Origin: Desulfobacterales bacterium
GTDB lineage: Bacteria; Desulfobacterota; Desulfobacteria; Desulfobacterales; UBA5852
Assembly (NCBI GenBank): GCA_963674755.2
Contig: CAXXVS010000003.1
Span: 1,280,001-1,344,000 of the forward strand
Length of the DNA: 64,000 bases
Reading direction: 5' to 3'
The position numbers and the translations under genes are program-made. Under the pieces are notes generated by a model. That model did not search any database. It was not told where the DNA came from and saw only the letters and a program-made list of their open reading frames with translations. Below are positions 48,592 through 59,125 of the stretch, one piece after another. Numbering within the stretch: the first letter of the stretch is position 1; each line of letters begins with the position of its first letter.

Positions 48592-49764
48592 ATGGGTAGA
48601 CGGCTTCTGATAGTGCTGTGTGCGGTGGCGGTGTTGGCCGCAGTGCCGGTCCAGGCGGTGGAACCGGTTAAAATCGGCATGATAACGACCTTGTCCACCA
48701 AGGCCGGTTATCTGGGGGAAGACATCCGGGACGGTTTTCAGCTCGCCATCCAGCAGGAAGACGGCAAGCTGGGCGGTGTGCCGGTGGACCTGCTCGTGGA
48801 AGACGACGGCCGCAAACCGGGAAAAGCCAAGCAGATCGCCGAGCGTTTCATGCAGCGGGACAAGGTGAAGCTCATGACCGGCATCGTATTTTCCAACGTG
48901 GCCATCGCCGTGGTGCCCAAAGTGGTGCAAGATGGCGTGATCTATATCAGCGCCAATGCCGGACCGTCCCTGTTGGCGGGCAAGGGCTGCCACCCGAATT
49001 ACTTCAATGTGGCCTACCAGAACGACAATATCGACGAGGTGGTGGGCAAGTATGTGACCGAATCCGGCTTCAAAAACGTTTATCTGTTGGCGCCCAACTA
49101 TCCGGCCGGCAAGGATCATCTGACCGGCTTCAAGCGGTACTACGAAGGCGCCATCGCGGGGGAGGTCTACACCAAGCTGGGTCAATCGGACTATGCCGCC
49201 GAAATCGCCGCCCTGCGGGCCGCCAAGCCCGATGCGGTTTACTTTTTTCTGCCCGGCGGGATGGGCATCAATTTCATCAAACAATACGCCCAGGCCGGGC
49301 TGAGTCAGGATATCCCGGTTTTCGGACCGGCCTTTTCCTTTGACGAACGCCTGCTCCAGGCCGTCAAGGATTCGGCTCTGGGGGTCAAAAACGGATCCCA
49401 GTGGAGCCACGACCTGGACAATCCGGCCAACCGGCAATTCGTGGCGGCCTTCCGCAAGGCCTACGGCCGGACGCCTACCCTTTACGCCAGCCAGGGGTAT
49501 GATGCCGCCCGGCTCATCGGAAGCGCCCTCAAAGCGGTGGGCGGCGACGTGTCCAAGACGGACGCCCTGCGTCAGGCCATCCGCCTGGCCGACTTTGAGA
49601 GTGTGCGCGGCAAGTTCGCCTTCTCCGCCAACCAGCACCCGGTGCAGGACCTCTACATCCGCGAGGTGGTCAAAGCGCCCGACGGCACTTACACCAACAA
49701 GACCTTGAAGGCGGTCTTCACGGACCACAGCAATGTGTACGTCGAAGAGTGCAAAATGAAATAG
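48592..49764 (+). CDS. LIV-type ABC transporter substrate-binding protein
   Basis: Signal peptide; KIGMITTLS, EDDGRKP, PNYPAGKD, YASQGYDAA. Confidence 0.9.
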   Translation: MGRRLLIVLCAVAVLAAVPVQAVEPVKIGMITTLSTKAGYLGEDIRDGFQLAIQQEDGKLGGVPVDLLVEDDGRKPGKAKQIAERFMQRDKVKLMTGIVFSNVAIAVVPKVVQDGVIYISANAGPSLLAGKGCHPNYFNVAYQNDNIDEVVGKYVTESGFKNVYLLAPNYPAGKDHLTGFKRYYEGAIAGEVYTKLGQSDYAAEIAALRAAKPDAVYFFLPGGMGINFIKQYAQAGLSQDIPVFGPAFSFDERLLQAVKDSALGVKNGSQWSHDLDNPANRQFVAAFRKAYGRTPTLYASQGYDAARLIGSALKAVGGDVSKTDALRQAIRLADFESVRGKFAFSANQHPVQDLYIREVVKAPDGTYTNKTLKAVFTDHSNVYVEECKMK

Positions 49765-49910
49765 TGCCTTTTCAGAAGGGGCATCTGGCAGCCCAGGCCG
49801 GCGTTCTCGCGTTTTCGCAATCCTCGACGTAGCCTGCTACGCCTGCGGTCTGCGAAAACGCTGCGGCCTTGGCCTGAACCACCATCTACCGCTTCTGAAA
49901 AGGCGCACTA
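49762..49910. repeat. Nested-hairpin element, copy D (divergent)
   Basis: tagtgccttttcagaag / cttctgaaaaggcgcacta; ccggcgtt, gcgttttcgca/tgcgaaaacgc, cgacgtag-cctg-ctacgcct, gccttgg. Confidence 0.75.
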
Positions 49911-50066
49911 TACTGGCTGACCAGAACTGAAAATCCTCATTTCTGGAGCGAACACAGCGATCCATTGTCATCGGTTGTTTAAGGAGAAATTCTCCAACCT
50001 AAACCATAGGACGTCCGACCCACTATCGGGGCGGACAGTCTGCTGGTATGCCGCATTGCAGGTTTC

Positions 50067-50978
50067 ATGCTGCTTTTTATCGAACAATTGTTAAACGGGC
50101 TCCAGTTGGGGATCATGCTGTTTTTGATGTCCACCGGGTTGACCCTGGTGTTCGGGATCATGCAGGTGATCAATCTGGCCCACGGCTCGTTTTACATGAT
50201 CGGGGCCTATGTGGGGGCCACGGTTGCGGCGCGAACGGGCTCTTTTCTTCTGGGGCTCCTGGCCGCGCTGCCGGCGGCCGCCCTGGCGGGGATGCTGGTG
50301 GAGACGACCGTGCTGCGGCGCCTTTATAAAAAGGACCACCTGGACCAGGTGCTGGCCACCTTTGGCCTGATCATGTTTTTCAACGAATTGACGCGCATCA
50401 TCTGGGGCCGTCAGCCCTTGTTCATGGATGTGCCCGCCTGGCTGGCGGGCAGCATCGAACTCATCCCGGGAGTGCCGTATCCCAGCTATCGGTTGGCCGT
50501 GATTGCGGTGGGCATCCTGGTGGGGGTGCTGCTCTACCTGCTCTTTACCCGCACCCGCATCGGCATGCAGATCCGGGCCGGGGCCAGCAACCGGGAGATG
50601 GCCGGCGCCCTGGGGGTGAACATCAAACTCCTGTATACGCTTGTTTTCGGTCTGGGAACCCTGCTGGCCGGACTGGCCGGCGTGATGGCGGGTCCCATCC
50701 TGGCGGTGGAGGCCGGCATGGGGGAAAGTGTTTTGATCCTGACCTTCGTGGTGATCGTCATCGGCGGGATCGGCTCCATTCGCGGCGCCCTGGTGGGGGC
50801 CCTCCTGGTGGGTATGGTGGACACCCTGGGACGGGCCTTCCTGCCCGCTCTGCTGCGGCTGTTTCTCTCCCCGGCCTATGCTGACGGGGCGGCCGCGTCT
50901 CTGGCGTCCATGTCGGTCTACCTGCTGATGGCGGGGATCCTGGTATGGCGCCCCAAAGGCCTCCTGCCGGCTTCGTGA
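50067..50978 (+). CDS. LIV-type ABC permease (LivH-like)
   Basis: GLTLVFGIMQVINLAHG, GMQIRA, VIGGIGSIRG. Confidence 0.92.
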   Translation: MLLFIEQLLNGLQLGIMLFLMSTGLTLVFGIMQVINLAHGSFYMIGAYVGATVAARTGSFLLGLLAALPAAALAGMLVETTVLRRLYKKDHLDQVLATFGLIMFFNELTRIIWGRQPLFMDVPAWLAGSIELIPGVPYPSYRLAVIAVGILVGVLLYLLFTRTRIGMQIRAGASNREMAGALGVNIKLLYTLVFGLGTLLAGLAGVMAGPILAVEAGMGESVLILTFVVIVIGGIGSIRGALVGALLVGMVDTLGRAFLPALLRLFLSPAYADGAAASLASMSVYLLMAGILVWRPKGLLPAS

Positions 50979-51089
50979 GATGACCAATATCGGCGTGGTG
51001 CGGCGTTCCTCGTCAGTGCGGCGTACCTGATGTACGCCTTCCTCCTCGGAACTTGCACGCCTTGATCTTGGTCATCTCACGAAGCCGGC
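50966..51089. repeat. Nested-hairpin element, copy C
   Basis: Perfect 22-bp IR gccggcttcgtgagatgaccaa; tcggcgtg, gcggcgtac-ctgat-gtacgcct, cgccttga. Confidence 0.88.
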
Positions 51090-51128
51090 TAAGACTATTT
51101 TTATTGCGTAATGTCCGATTTTGGACCA

Positions 51129-52122
<994 letters not shown>

Positions 52123-52130
<8 letters not shown>

Positions 52131-52896
52131 ACCGCTGCTTGCCGCTCGCTCCCTTTACAAGCACTTCGGTGCGGTCCAGGCCAGCAACAACTTTTCCCTG
52201 GAGGTGGCCCGGGGTGAACTGCATGCCCTGATCGGTCCCAACGGCGCCGGCAAGACCACGGCCCTCAATCAGTTGAGCGGCGAGCTGGCGCCGAACAGGG
52301 GCGAGATCTATTTCGACGGCCGTCGGATTACTCACCTGCCGGTCCACCGGCGGGCCCGCCGGGGCCTGGCGCGTTCCTATCAGATCACTTCGGTGTTCGA
52401 TCAGCTCACGGTTGAGCAAAACCTGGCCCTGGCCATCCAGGCCCACAACGGCCACAGTTTCCGCTTCTGGCGCAAGGCGGTCGACGATCCGGTGATCCGG
52501 CAGGCCATCGGGCCGGCCCTGGAACGGGTGGGGCTGGAGGCGCGCGCGCCTATACCGGCGGCTAATCTGTCCCATGGCGAAAAGCGGCAACTGGAAGTGG
52601 GTATGGCCCTGGCCGGCCACCCGAAAATGCTCCTTCTGGACGAGCCCTATGCCGGCATGGGCCCCGGCGGCGCCGTGGAATTGACCAAACTGTTCCGGCG
52701 CCTGAAAACCGAAGTGACCATTTTGCTGGTGGAACACGACATGCAGGCCGTTTTCGCCCTGGCCGACCGCATTACGGTGCTGGTCTATGGCACCGCTATC
52801 GCCAGCGGTACGCCGGACGAAATCCGCAACCATCCCGAGGTCCGGCAGGCCTACCTGGGTGATGAAGTCGTTCCCGAAGGAAGCGTCCATGCTTGA
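52123..52896 (+). CDS. ABC ATPase (LivG-like)
   Basis: GPNGAGKT, LSHGE, LLLDEP, VEHDM. Confidence 0.93.
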
Positions 52897-53590
52897 TGTC
52901 GCCCAAATCGAGACCTTCTACGGTGCCAGCCAGGCCCTGTTCGGCATCAGCCTTACAGTGCCGGAGGGCGAGGTGGCGGCCCTGCTGGGCCGCAACGGCA
53001 TGGGCAAGAGCACCACCCTGCGCTCCATTATGGGCCTGACGCCAATCCGGGCTGGGCGGATCGTCTTTCACGGAAAAGAGATCCACCGCAAGCCGGCCTA
53101 TGCCATTGCCCGCTCGGGGATCGGGCTCGTGCCCGAAGGGCGGCAAATTTTTCCCAGCCTTACGGTGGTGGAAAACATGCTGGCCACGGCCACCCGGCCC
53201 ACCGGACACGGCACCCGCTGGACCCTGGACGCCATTTACGACCTGTTTCCGTCTTTGAAAGCGCGCGAACGCCATTTCGGCAACCAGCTTTCGGGGGGAG
53301 AGCAGCAAATGCTCGCCATCGGCCGGGCCCTCATGACCCATCCCCAATTGCTGTTGCTGGACGAAGCCACCGAAGGCCTGGCCCCGAAGATCCGCAGTCA
53401 GATCTGGCGCTGCCTGGAAATCTTAAAACAACAGGGCCTTTCCATTTTGGTGGTCGATAAAAACGTGGAGGCCCTGCTGCGGATTTGCGACCGGCTGTTT
53501 GTCATTCAGAAAGGCCGCAACGTTTGGCAGGGAACACCGGCCCAGTTCCAGGCCGATCCGGCCATCCGGCAGGATTATTTAGGGATTTGA
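52889..53590 (+). CDS. ABC ATPase (LivF-like)
   Basis: GRNGMGKS, LSGGEQQM, LDEATEGLAP. Confidence 0.93.
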   Translation: MLDVAQIETFYGASQALFGISLTVPEGEVAALLGRNGMGKSTTLRSIMGLTPIRAGRIVFHGKEIHRKPAYAIARSGIGLVPEGRQIFPSLTVVENMLATATRPTGHGTRWTLDAIYDLFPSLKARERHFGNQLSGGEQQMLAIGRALMTHPQLLLLDEATEGLAPKIRSQIWRCLEILKQQGLSILVVDKNVEALLRICDRLFVIQKGRNVWQGTPAQFQADPAIRQDYLGI

Positions 53591-53616
53591 GGCGGCCGTT
53601 CCGGACGGGCGCCGGA

Positions 53617-55191
53617 TCACAGGCGTTGGACCGCGATCATGGTGACATCATCCAGCCGCGGCGCCTTGCCGATAAACCGGAAAAGGTTTTCCTTGACCTG
53701 CTCCAACAGATCCGCCGCGGTGGCCGCCGGCTCGACCAGGAGGTCCCGCAGGCGCTGTCGGGAAAACATTTCATCGTCCGGTGAGCGGGCGTCGATGACC
53801 CCGTCCGTATACCCCATGAGCAGTTCGCCGGGCATGAGGGTGATCTGCGCGCTGCGGTAGACGATCTCTTCCGAAATGCCCAGGGCGGGTCCGGTGGGGG
53901 AGAGTTTATGGCGGATCTGGCCGGCCCGTACGACATAGAGCGGCTCATGGCCGGCATTGATGTAGTGCAGACGGCCGCTGGCCGGATCCAGGACGCCGAA
54001 AAAGGCAGTGGCGAACATGGCATCCTGGCCGTGATTGCGGGCGATGTAGTCGTTGGTGCGCTTCATGGCCCGCAGAATTTCTTCAGGATTCATGACCTTG
54101 CCGTCGGCTTGCAGCGTCGGTTGCTCGGCATAGATGCGGATCAGGCTGCGAAAGAGCGCCATGTAAAAGGCCGATCCGACCCCCTTGTCGCAGACATCGG
54201 CAATGACCAGCCCCATATTTTCCCCGGCCAGAGAGAAGACGTCGTAGAAATCGCCTGACACCTGGCGGGCGGGATCGAAGAAGGCGGCAATATTCCAGTC
54301 CGGCAATTGGGGAAGTTGGCGTGGCAGGAAGTCGCGTTGAATCTGGCGGCCTTTTTCCAGTTCGAATTCGAGCAGGCGCGTCTGCTCTCTTTCCTGCAAT
54401 CCCATGACCATCTGGTTGAAATTCCGCGACAGCTTCCCGATCTCGTCATCCGCTTCAGCAGGAACCCGCACCGAGAGGTCGCCCCGGGCCACTTCTTCCG
54501 CGCTGCGGGAAAGCACTTCGATGGGGCGTGCCAGTCGGCGGGCGAAGAAATACCCCACGATACGAAGCAGCACCAGCGCCAAAAGCGTCATCCACAGCAG
54601 ATGGACGAGCTTGCGATTGATCAACCCCGCCATGCCCTGCTTGTCGACACCAAGGCGCAAAAAATAGCGGTTGTGATCACCGGGGCGGGTGATATCAAAA
54701 AACAGGGCCAGGGTTTGGCTGGACAGGGCGAACCCGGAGCCTTCCCATCCCACGCGGGACGTGCCTTGTTGCAGGCTTTGGGCCTGTTCGGCGGAAACCG
54801 GGCTTTTACGGAGCACGTGATCGGGCCCGATGTCAAACCGATACCAGTCGGCCCCGTTATCGTGAAGGCTGTAGAACGCAATGTCCTGCACGGTATAAAA
54901 ATTGGAGGATAGGGCTTTGAGGGTATGGGTCACTTCATAGAGTCCGGGCTGGTCTGTTCCACTTCGGTACCAGATGAAATCAGGCTCCCGGCTGCCTGCC
55001 ACCCGATCCAATTGATGCCGTACCAGGCGGTGGGCCGAATCGATGAAGTGCTTCTTGGTCGCAATCATGTAGACCAGCGTGCTGGCATAGAACACGATCA
55101 GTCCGAAAATGACGAAATAGACCGTCATGCGGCGCGCCATGGAAGGGCGCCAGAAGCAGAAACAGGACTGAACATGGGTTTTGACATTCAT
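53617..55191 (-). CDS. Membrane HAMP-PP2C (RsbU-like) phosphatase
   Basis: SGDFYD, ADVCDKG, NAGH, YTDG, DDVT. Confidence 0.9.
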   Translation of the reverse strand: MNVKTHVQSCFCFWRPSMARRMTVYFVIFGLIVFYASTLVYMIATKKHFIDSAHRLVRHQLDRVAGSREPDFIWYRSGTDQPGLYEVTHTLKALSSNFYTVQDIAFYSLHDNGADWYRFDIGPDHVLRKSPVSAEQAQSLQQGTSRVGWEGSGFALSSQTLALFFDITRPGDHNRYFLRLGVDKQGMAGLINRKLVHLLWMTLLALVLLRIVGYFFARRLARPIEVLSRSAEEVARGDLSVRVPAEADDEIGKLSRNFNQMVMGLQEREQTRLLEFELEKGRQIQRDFLPRQLPQLPDWNIAAFFDPARQVSGDFYDVFSLAGENMGLVIADVCDKGVGSAFYMALFRSLIRIYAEQPTLQADGKVMNPEEILRAMKRTNDYIARNHGQDAMFATAFFGVLDPASGRLHYINAGHEPLYVVRAGQIRHKLSPTGPALGISEEIVYRSAQITLMPGELLMGYTDGVIDARSPDDEMFSRQRLRDLLVEPAATAADLLEQVKENLFRFIGKAPRLDDVTMIAVQRL

Positions 55192-55823
55192 GGCCGGGTT
55201 CTCCGCTGCTGCGCCCCTTCAGGCGCGATGGTCAGGCCGTCCAACATCAACCCGACGGTATAGACGACATCTTTTTCAACGGTGGTATAGTCGATGGCAT
55301 CCGGTAGCCCCTGCGCCGGAGCGGTGCCGGTATTGTGCTTGAGGGCATCGGTGACGGTAAGCATGATCCGGGCCAGCCTGCGGGCATCGTCGGTTTTGAT
55401 TTCACCGCTTTGCATGCCGTCTTGCAGCCGTTGGCCGATAAAGTCGATTTCGCGTTCCAGCACGTCCTGGTAAAGGCCCCTGAAGGAGGGCTGGATGCGT
55501 TGCAAGGTTTCGATGGAGAGGTTGTGCAGGTTGACGACGTGCTGGTAGTAACGCAAGCGCTCCGTCAGATAGCTCAGGATCCGGTTGCGGCACCCGCGGG
55601 CTTTGAGGGCTTTGGCCTGCAGGGCGCCCAGGAATTTTTCGGCCTCCTGGACGATGACGGCGATAAAGATCGACTCCTTGTTGGGGTAGTAATAATAAAG
55701 CGAGGTCTTGTTGAGCCCGATGCGTCCGGCAATGTCCTCCATGGTGGTCTTGCCGTAGCCAAAGCGGGCCAGGCATTCCGAGGCGGCCGCCAAAATCTGC
55801 CGGCGTTTATCGCTAACGTTCAT
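55188..55823 (-). CDS. TetR family regulator
   Basis: GYGKTTMEDIAGRIGLNKTSLYYYYPNKE. Confidence 0.93.
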   Translation of the reverse strand: MNVSDKRRQILAAASECLARFGYGKTTMEDIAGRIGLNKTSLYYYYPNKESIFIAVIVQEAEKFLGALQAKALKARGCRNRILSYLTERLRYYQHVVNLHNLSIETLQRIQPSFRGLYQDVLEREIDFIGQRLQDGMQSGEIKTDDARRLARIMLTVTDALKHNTGTAPAQGLPDAIDYTTVEKDVVYTVGLMLDGLTIAPEGAQQRRTRP

Positions 55824-55883
55824 GGGGGTTACCCTTGACGGTGACGGTTGACAAAGGATGGCGTTGTCCGGAGGGACAAACAA

Positions 55884-55919
55884 TCAAACAAATTTATGAA
55901 TTGTTTGAATTTTTGTCAA
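55884..55919 (-). promoter_or_regulatory. Sigma70 promoter with overlapping inverted-repeat operator
   Basis: Minus strand TTGACA-17-TAAATT; IR tcaaacaa-N9-ttgtttga. Confidence 0.7.
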
Positions 55920-56023
55920 CGCCCGGTGACCGTATGGCGGTATCTTCTGAGAAATGCCGCTTGACCCCACCGGACGGGTCTTCTATCTTGGGCGGGACTT
56001 AAACCGTTCGAAAAGGAGGCGCT

Positions 56024-56443
56024 ATGGTGGCACGGGTTCGGAACACGGCGATCGGTATCGTTATGATCGTGGCGGCAATGGGCTTGACGGGGTGTCCCGC
56101 ATTGTTCGTGGGGGCCGCCGGCGGGGCGGTAGCCGGGGCGCTCTATTACCAAGGCGAGTTGAAGGCGGACGTGGATGCCACACCCCCGGCCACCATCGCG
56201 GCCACGGAAAAAGCCTTTCGGGATTTGATCTGGTCCAAGGAGATTGTTGACGTAACGGACACCGACGGTCTGGCCACGGCCCGCACCGCCACAGGCAAAG
56301 AAGTCAAAGTGACGGTGGCCGCCAAGACGCCCGAGGTTTCCACCGTGGCCATCCGTGTCGGCACCTTCGGCGATGAGAACCTCAGCCGCCTGCTCTACGA
56401 CCGCATTGTAAGTTTTCTCAAACGGGAGGCGGCGGTCGACTAG
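56024..56443 (+). CDS. Lipoprotein, DUF3568-like
   Basis: LTGC lipobox, GAAGGAVAG, IRVGTFGDE. Confidence 0.75.
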   Translation: MVARVRNTAIGIVMIVAAMGLTGCPALFVGAAGGAVAGALYYQGELKADVDATPPATIAATEKAFRDLIWSKEIVDVTDTDGLATARTATGKEVKVTVAAKTPEVSTVAIRVGTFGDENLSRLLYDRIVSFLKREAAVD

Positions 56444-56509
56444 AAAAACCCGCATTCGGCCATCGCCCCCATCTTGACAACGAAAAACGGATCGTCACCC
56501 TAGCCGCCT

Positions 56510-57421
56510 ATGGACAACATCATCGACGTTCAACATCTGATCAAACGCTATGATGGTTTCACCGCGGTGGACGATTTGTCCTTTAGCGTGGCGCCGGGCG
56601 AATTCTTCGGTCTGCTGGGGCCCAACGGGGCCGGTAAAACCACGACCATCCGCACCCTTTACGGATTTTCTCCCATCACCGAAGGCCGGGTGCAGGTTTT
56701 CGGCCGGGACATCGCCTCGGACCGGCGCGTCATCAAGGCCCGCATTGGGGTCTGCCAGCAGGACAACACCCTGGATCCGGACCTGAGCGTGGCGCAGAAT
56801 CTGCTGATCTTTGCCGGCTATTTCAGTATCCCCGCGCCGGAAGCGCAGCGCCGGGCGGAAGAACTGCTGGAATTTTTTGCCCTCGTCCACAAGAAGGACG
56901 CCAAGGTGATGGAATTGTCCGGCGGCATGGCCCGTCGGCTGATTTTGGCCCGCGCCCTGATCAACCAGCCGGATTTGCTGATCCTGGACGAGCCCACCAC
57001 CGGGCTCGATCCCCAATCGCGCCACCAGGTATGGGAAAAGCTGGAATCCCTCAAGGAACGCGGATTGACGGTCCTGATGACTACCCACTACATGGAGGAG
57101 GCCGCCCAACTCTGCGACCGGCTGGTGATCGTCGATCACGGCAAGATCCTGGTGGACGGGACGCCGGAGGAATTGATCGCACGGCACGCCGGGGGCAGCG
57201 TGATCGAGATCGAAGGGCCCGACCCGGCCCTGCGAGATTACATCGCCCGGAACGACGTGGCCTGCGAGGATCTGGAGCGCAAACTAATCATCTACACCAC
57301 CGAGGATTCAGAATTGAACACCATCATCCGGGAACGCTTTTGTGCGGCCCGCTGCACCTTCCGCAGCAGCACCCTGGAAGATGTCTTCCTGCGGCTGACC
57401 GGAAGGGCGCTGCGCGAATGA
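56510..57421 (+). CDS. ABC-2 exporter ATPase (NodI-like)
   Basis: GPNGAGKT, LSGGM, DEPTTGLDP, TTHYMEEA, LEDVFL. Confidence 0.92.
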   Translation: MDNIIDVQHLIKRYDGFTAVDDLSFSVAPGEFFGLLGPNGAGKTTTIRTLYGFSPITEGRVQVFGRDIASDRRVIKARIGVCQQDNTLDPDLSVAQNLLIFAGYFSIPAPEAQRRAEELLEFFALVHKKDAKVMELSGGMARRLILARALINQPDLLILDEPTTGLDPQSRHQVWEKLESLKERGLTVLMTTHYMEEAAQLCDRLVIVDHGKILVDGTPEELIARHAGGSVIEIEGPDPALRDYIARNDVACEDLERKLIIYTTEDSELNTIIRERFCAARCTFRSSTLEDVFLRLTGRALRE

Positions 57422-58203
57422 GAGCTCCTTTCGACATTTCATGGCGTTTTCTAAAGGTTTGGCGGCGCAACCTGGTGACCTACCAGAAAATCTGGAAAGT
57501 CAATTTCATCACCCCCCTGCTGGAACCATTGCTCTATATCCTGGCTTTCGGCCTGGGGTTCAGCGGTTTGGTGGAGGGGGTCGACTATGCCGGCCGGCAA
57601 TTGACCTACACCCAGTTCATCGCCCCGGCCCTGATCGCCACGGCCGTCATGTGGAACGCGTTTTTCGAGACCACCTATGCCTCCTTCGTGCGCATGTACT
57701 ACCAGAAGACCTTTGACGGCATGCTGGCCACGCCCCTGTCCCTGGAAGAGATCATCCTGGCCGAAGTGGTCTGGAGCGCCACCAAGGCCTTCGGGGCGGC
57801 CGCCATCATGATGGTCGTGCTGGGGATTCTGGGGTTCATCGATTTCCCTTCCGGGCTGCTGATCCTCCCCGTGGCATTTCTGGGCGGATTGGCCATGGGG
57901 GCCATCGGCATGTTCTTCACCGGCATTACGCCCACCATCGACATGTTCAACCTGCCCATTTTCCTATTCATCACGCCCATGTTCCTTTTCAGCGGCACCT
58001 TTTTTCCGGTCTCGAACCTGCCGGCCTGGGCCCAGCCCATGGCCCTGGCCTTTCCCCTCTACCACCTGGTGGAGTTGGTCCGGCGCTTCAGTCTGGGGGT
58101 CAGCCAAACGCATCCCGCCATCAGTATGGCCTACTTGTTGATTTTCGCCCTGATCTTTTTGGCGCTGGCGATGCGCAGCATGCGCAAACGATTGATCAGC
58201 TGA
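57418..58203 (+). CDS. ABC-2 exporter permease (NodJ-like)
   Basis: LEPLLY, FIAPAL, PMFLFSGTFFP; ATGA overlap. Confidence 0.9.
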   Translation: MRAPFDISWRFLKVWRRNLVTYQKIWKVNFITPLLEPLLYILAFGLGFSGLVEGVDYAGRQLTYTQFIAPALIATAVMWNAFFETTYASFVRMYYQKTFDGMLATPLSLEEIILAEVVWSATKAFGAAAIMMVVLGILGFIDFPSGLLILPVAFLGGLAMGAIGMFFTGITPTIDMFNLPIFLFITPMFLFSGTFFPVSNLPAWAQPMALAFPLYHLVELVRRFSLGVSQTHPAISMAYLLIFALIFLALAMRSMRKRLIS

Positions 58204-58219
58204 TCGAAGGAGCCGATCC

Positions 58220-58678
58220 GTGCCCACCCGTGCCGTCGCCTGGCTGCAAAAGAAGAAGATTCCCCATGAGATCGTGCACTACGCGCACGCGGAAAAAGGG
58301 GCCGCCTTCGCCGCCCGGGCCACCGGTTTTCCCCTGGCGAACACGATCAAAACCCTGGTGGTGGATCTGGGGGCAAAGACTTACGGACTGGCCCTCATAC
58401 CGGGCGATCGGGAGCTCGCACTCAAAAAAATGGCCCAGGCCTGCGGGGTAAAAAAAGCCGCTATGGCGGATCCGGCCGCTGCCGAACGGCTGACCGGCTA
58501 CCACGTGGGCGGCATCAGCCCCTTCGGCCTGCGGCAACGGCTGCCGGTGGTCATGGAAGAACGTCTCCTGACCCATGCGGCCGTCATGATTAATGCCGGT
58601 CAGCGCGGGATCATGCTGAAGATGGCGCCGGAGGATATCGTGACGGCGACGGGGGGCCGCACGGCAACGCTGGTATGA
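58220..58678 (+). CDS. ybaK: YbaK/EbsC aminoacyl-tRNA deacylase
   Basis: IKTLVV, TGYHVGGISPFG, INAGQRG. Confidence 0.88.
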   Translation: MPTRAVAWLQKKKIPHEIVHYAHAEKGAAFAARATGFPLANTIKTLVVDLGAKTYGLALIPGDRELALKKMAQACGVKKAAMADPAAAERLTGYHVGGISPFGLRQRLPVVMEERLLTHAAVMINAGQRGIMLKMAPEDIVTATGGRTATLV

Positions 58679-59125
58679 TGCCAAAGCCGTCGCGGCGATG
58701 ATGCGATTATTTTGACAGATAGCGCTAATCGTCAAATTGATCGAAGTGCAGATAAGGGAATGTAGTTTGCTATTTCGGTCGGGCTGTTTTTTAGCGCTCG
58801 ACCGCACCACAACACAGACAAAGCGTCAGATAGGGCTGGCCCCTAAGGCCTGTTCACCGCTAAAAATACCCTAACAGAAATGCTTGTATGCGATGATCAC
58901 CCCATATGGGGAAACGATTTTTTCGTTATTCTGTTCGTAATAAAATGCCAAGCGCGTAACCTGGGTATAGAACATAATGCTTTGATTTATCGTAATAATC
59001 GGTCTAAGCATTTTCAAATCCAAACGATCTTCCTGACGTTAATCAAGTTTTCAACGTTTTGTCGGCCGGTGCGCAACGCGTGGCGGTGAAGCACGCCTAC
59101 CGAGGCGAACGGAAAGCATAGCGAC

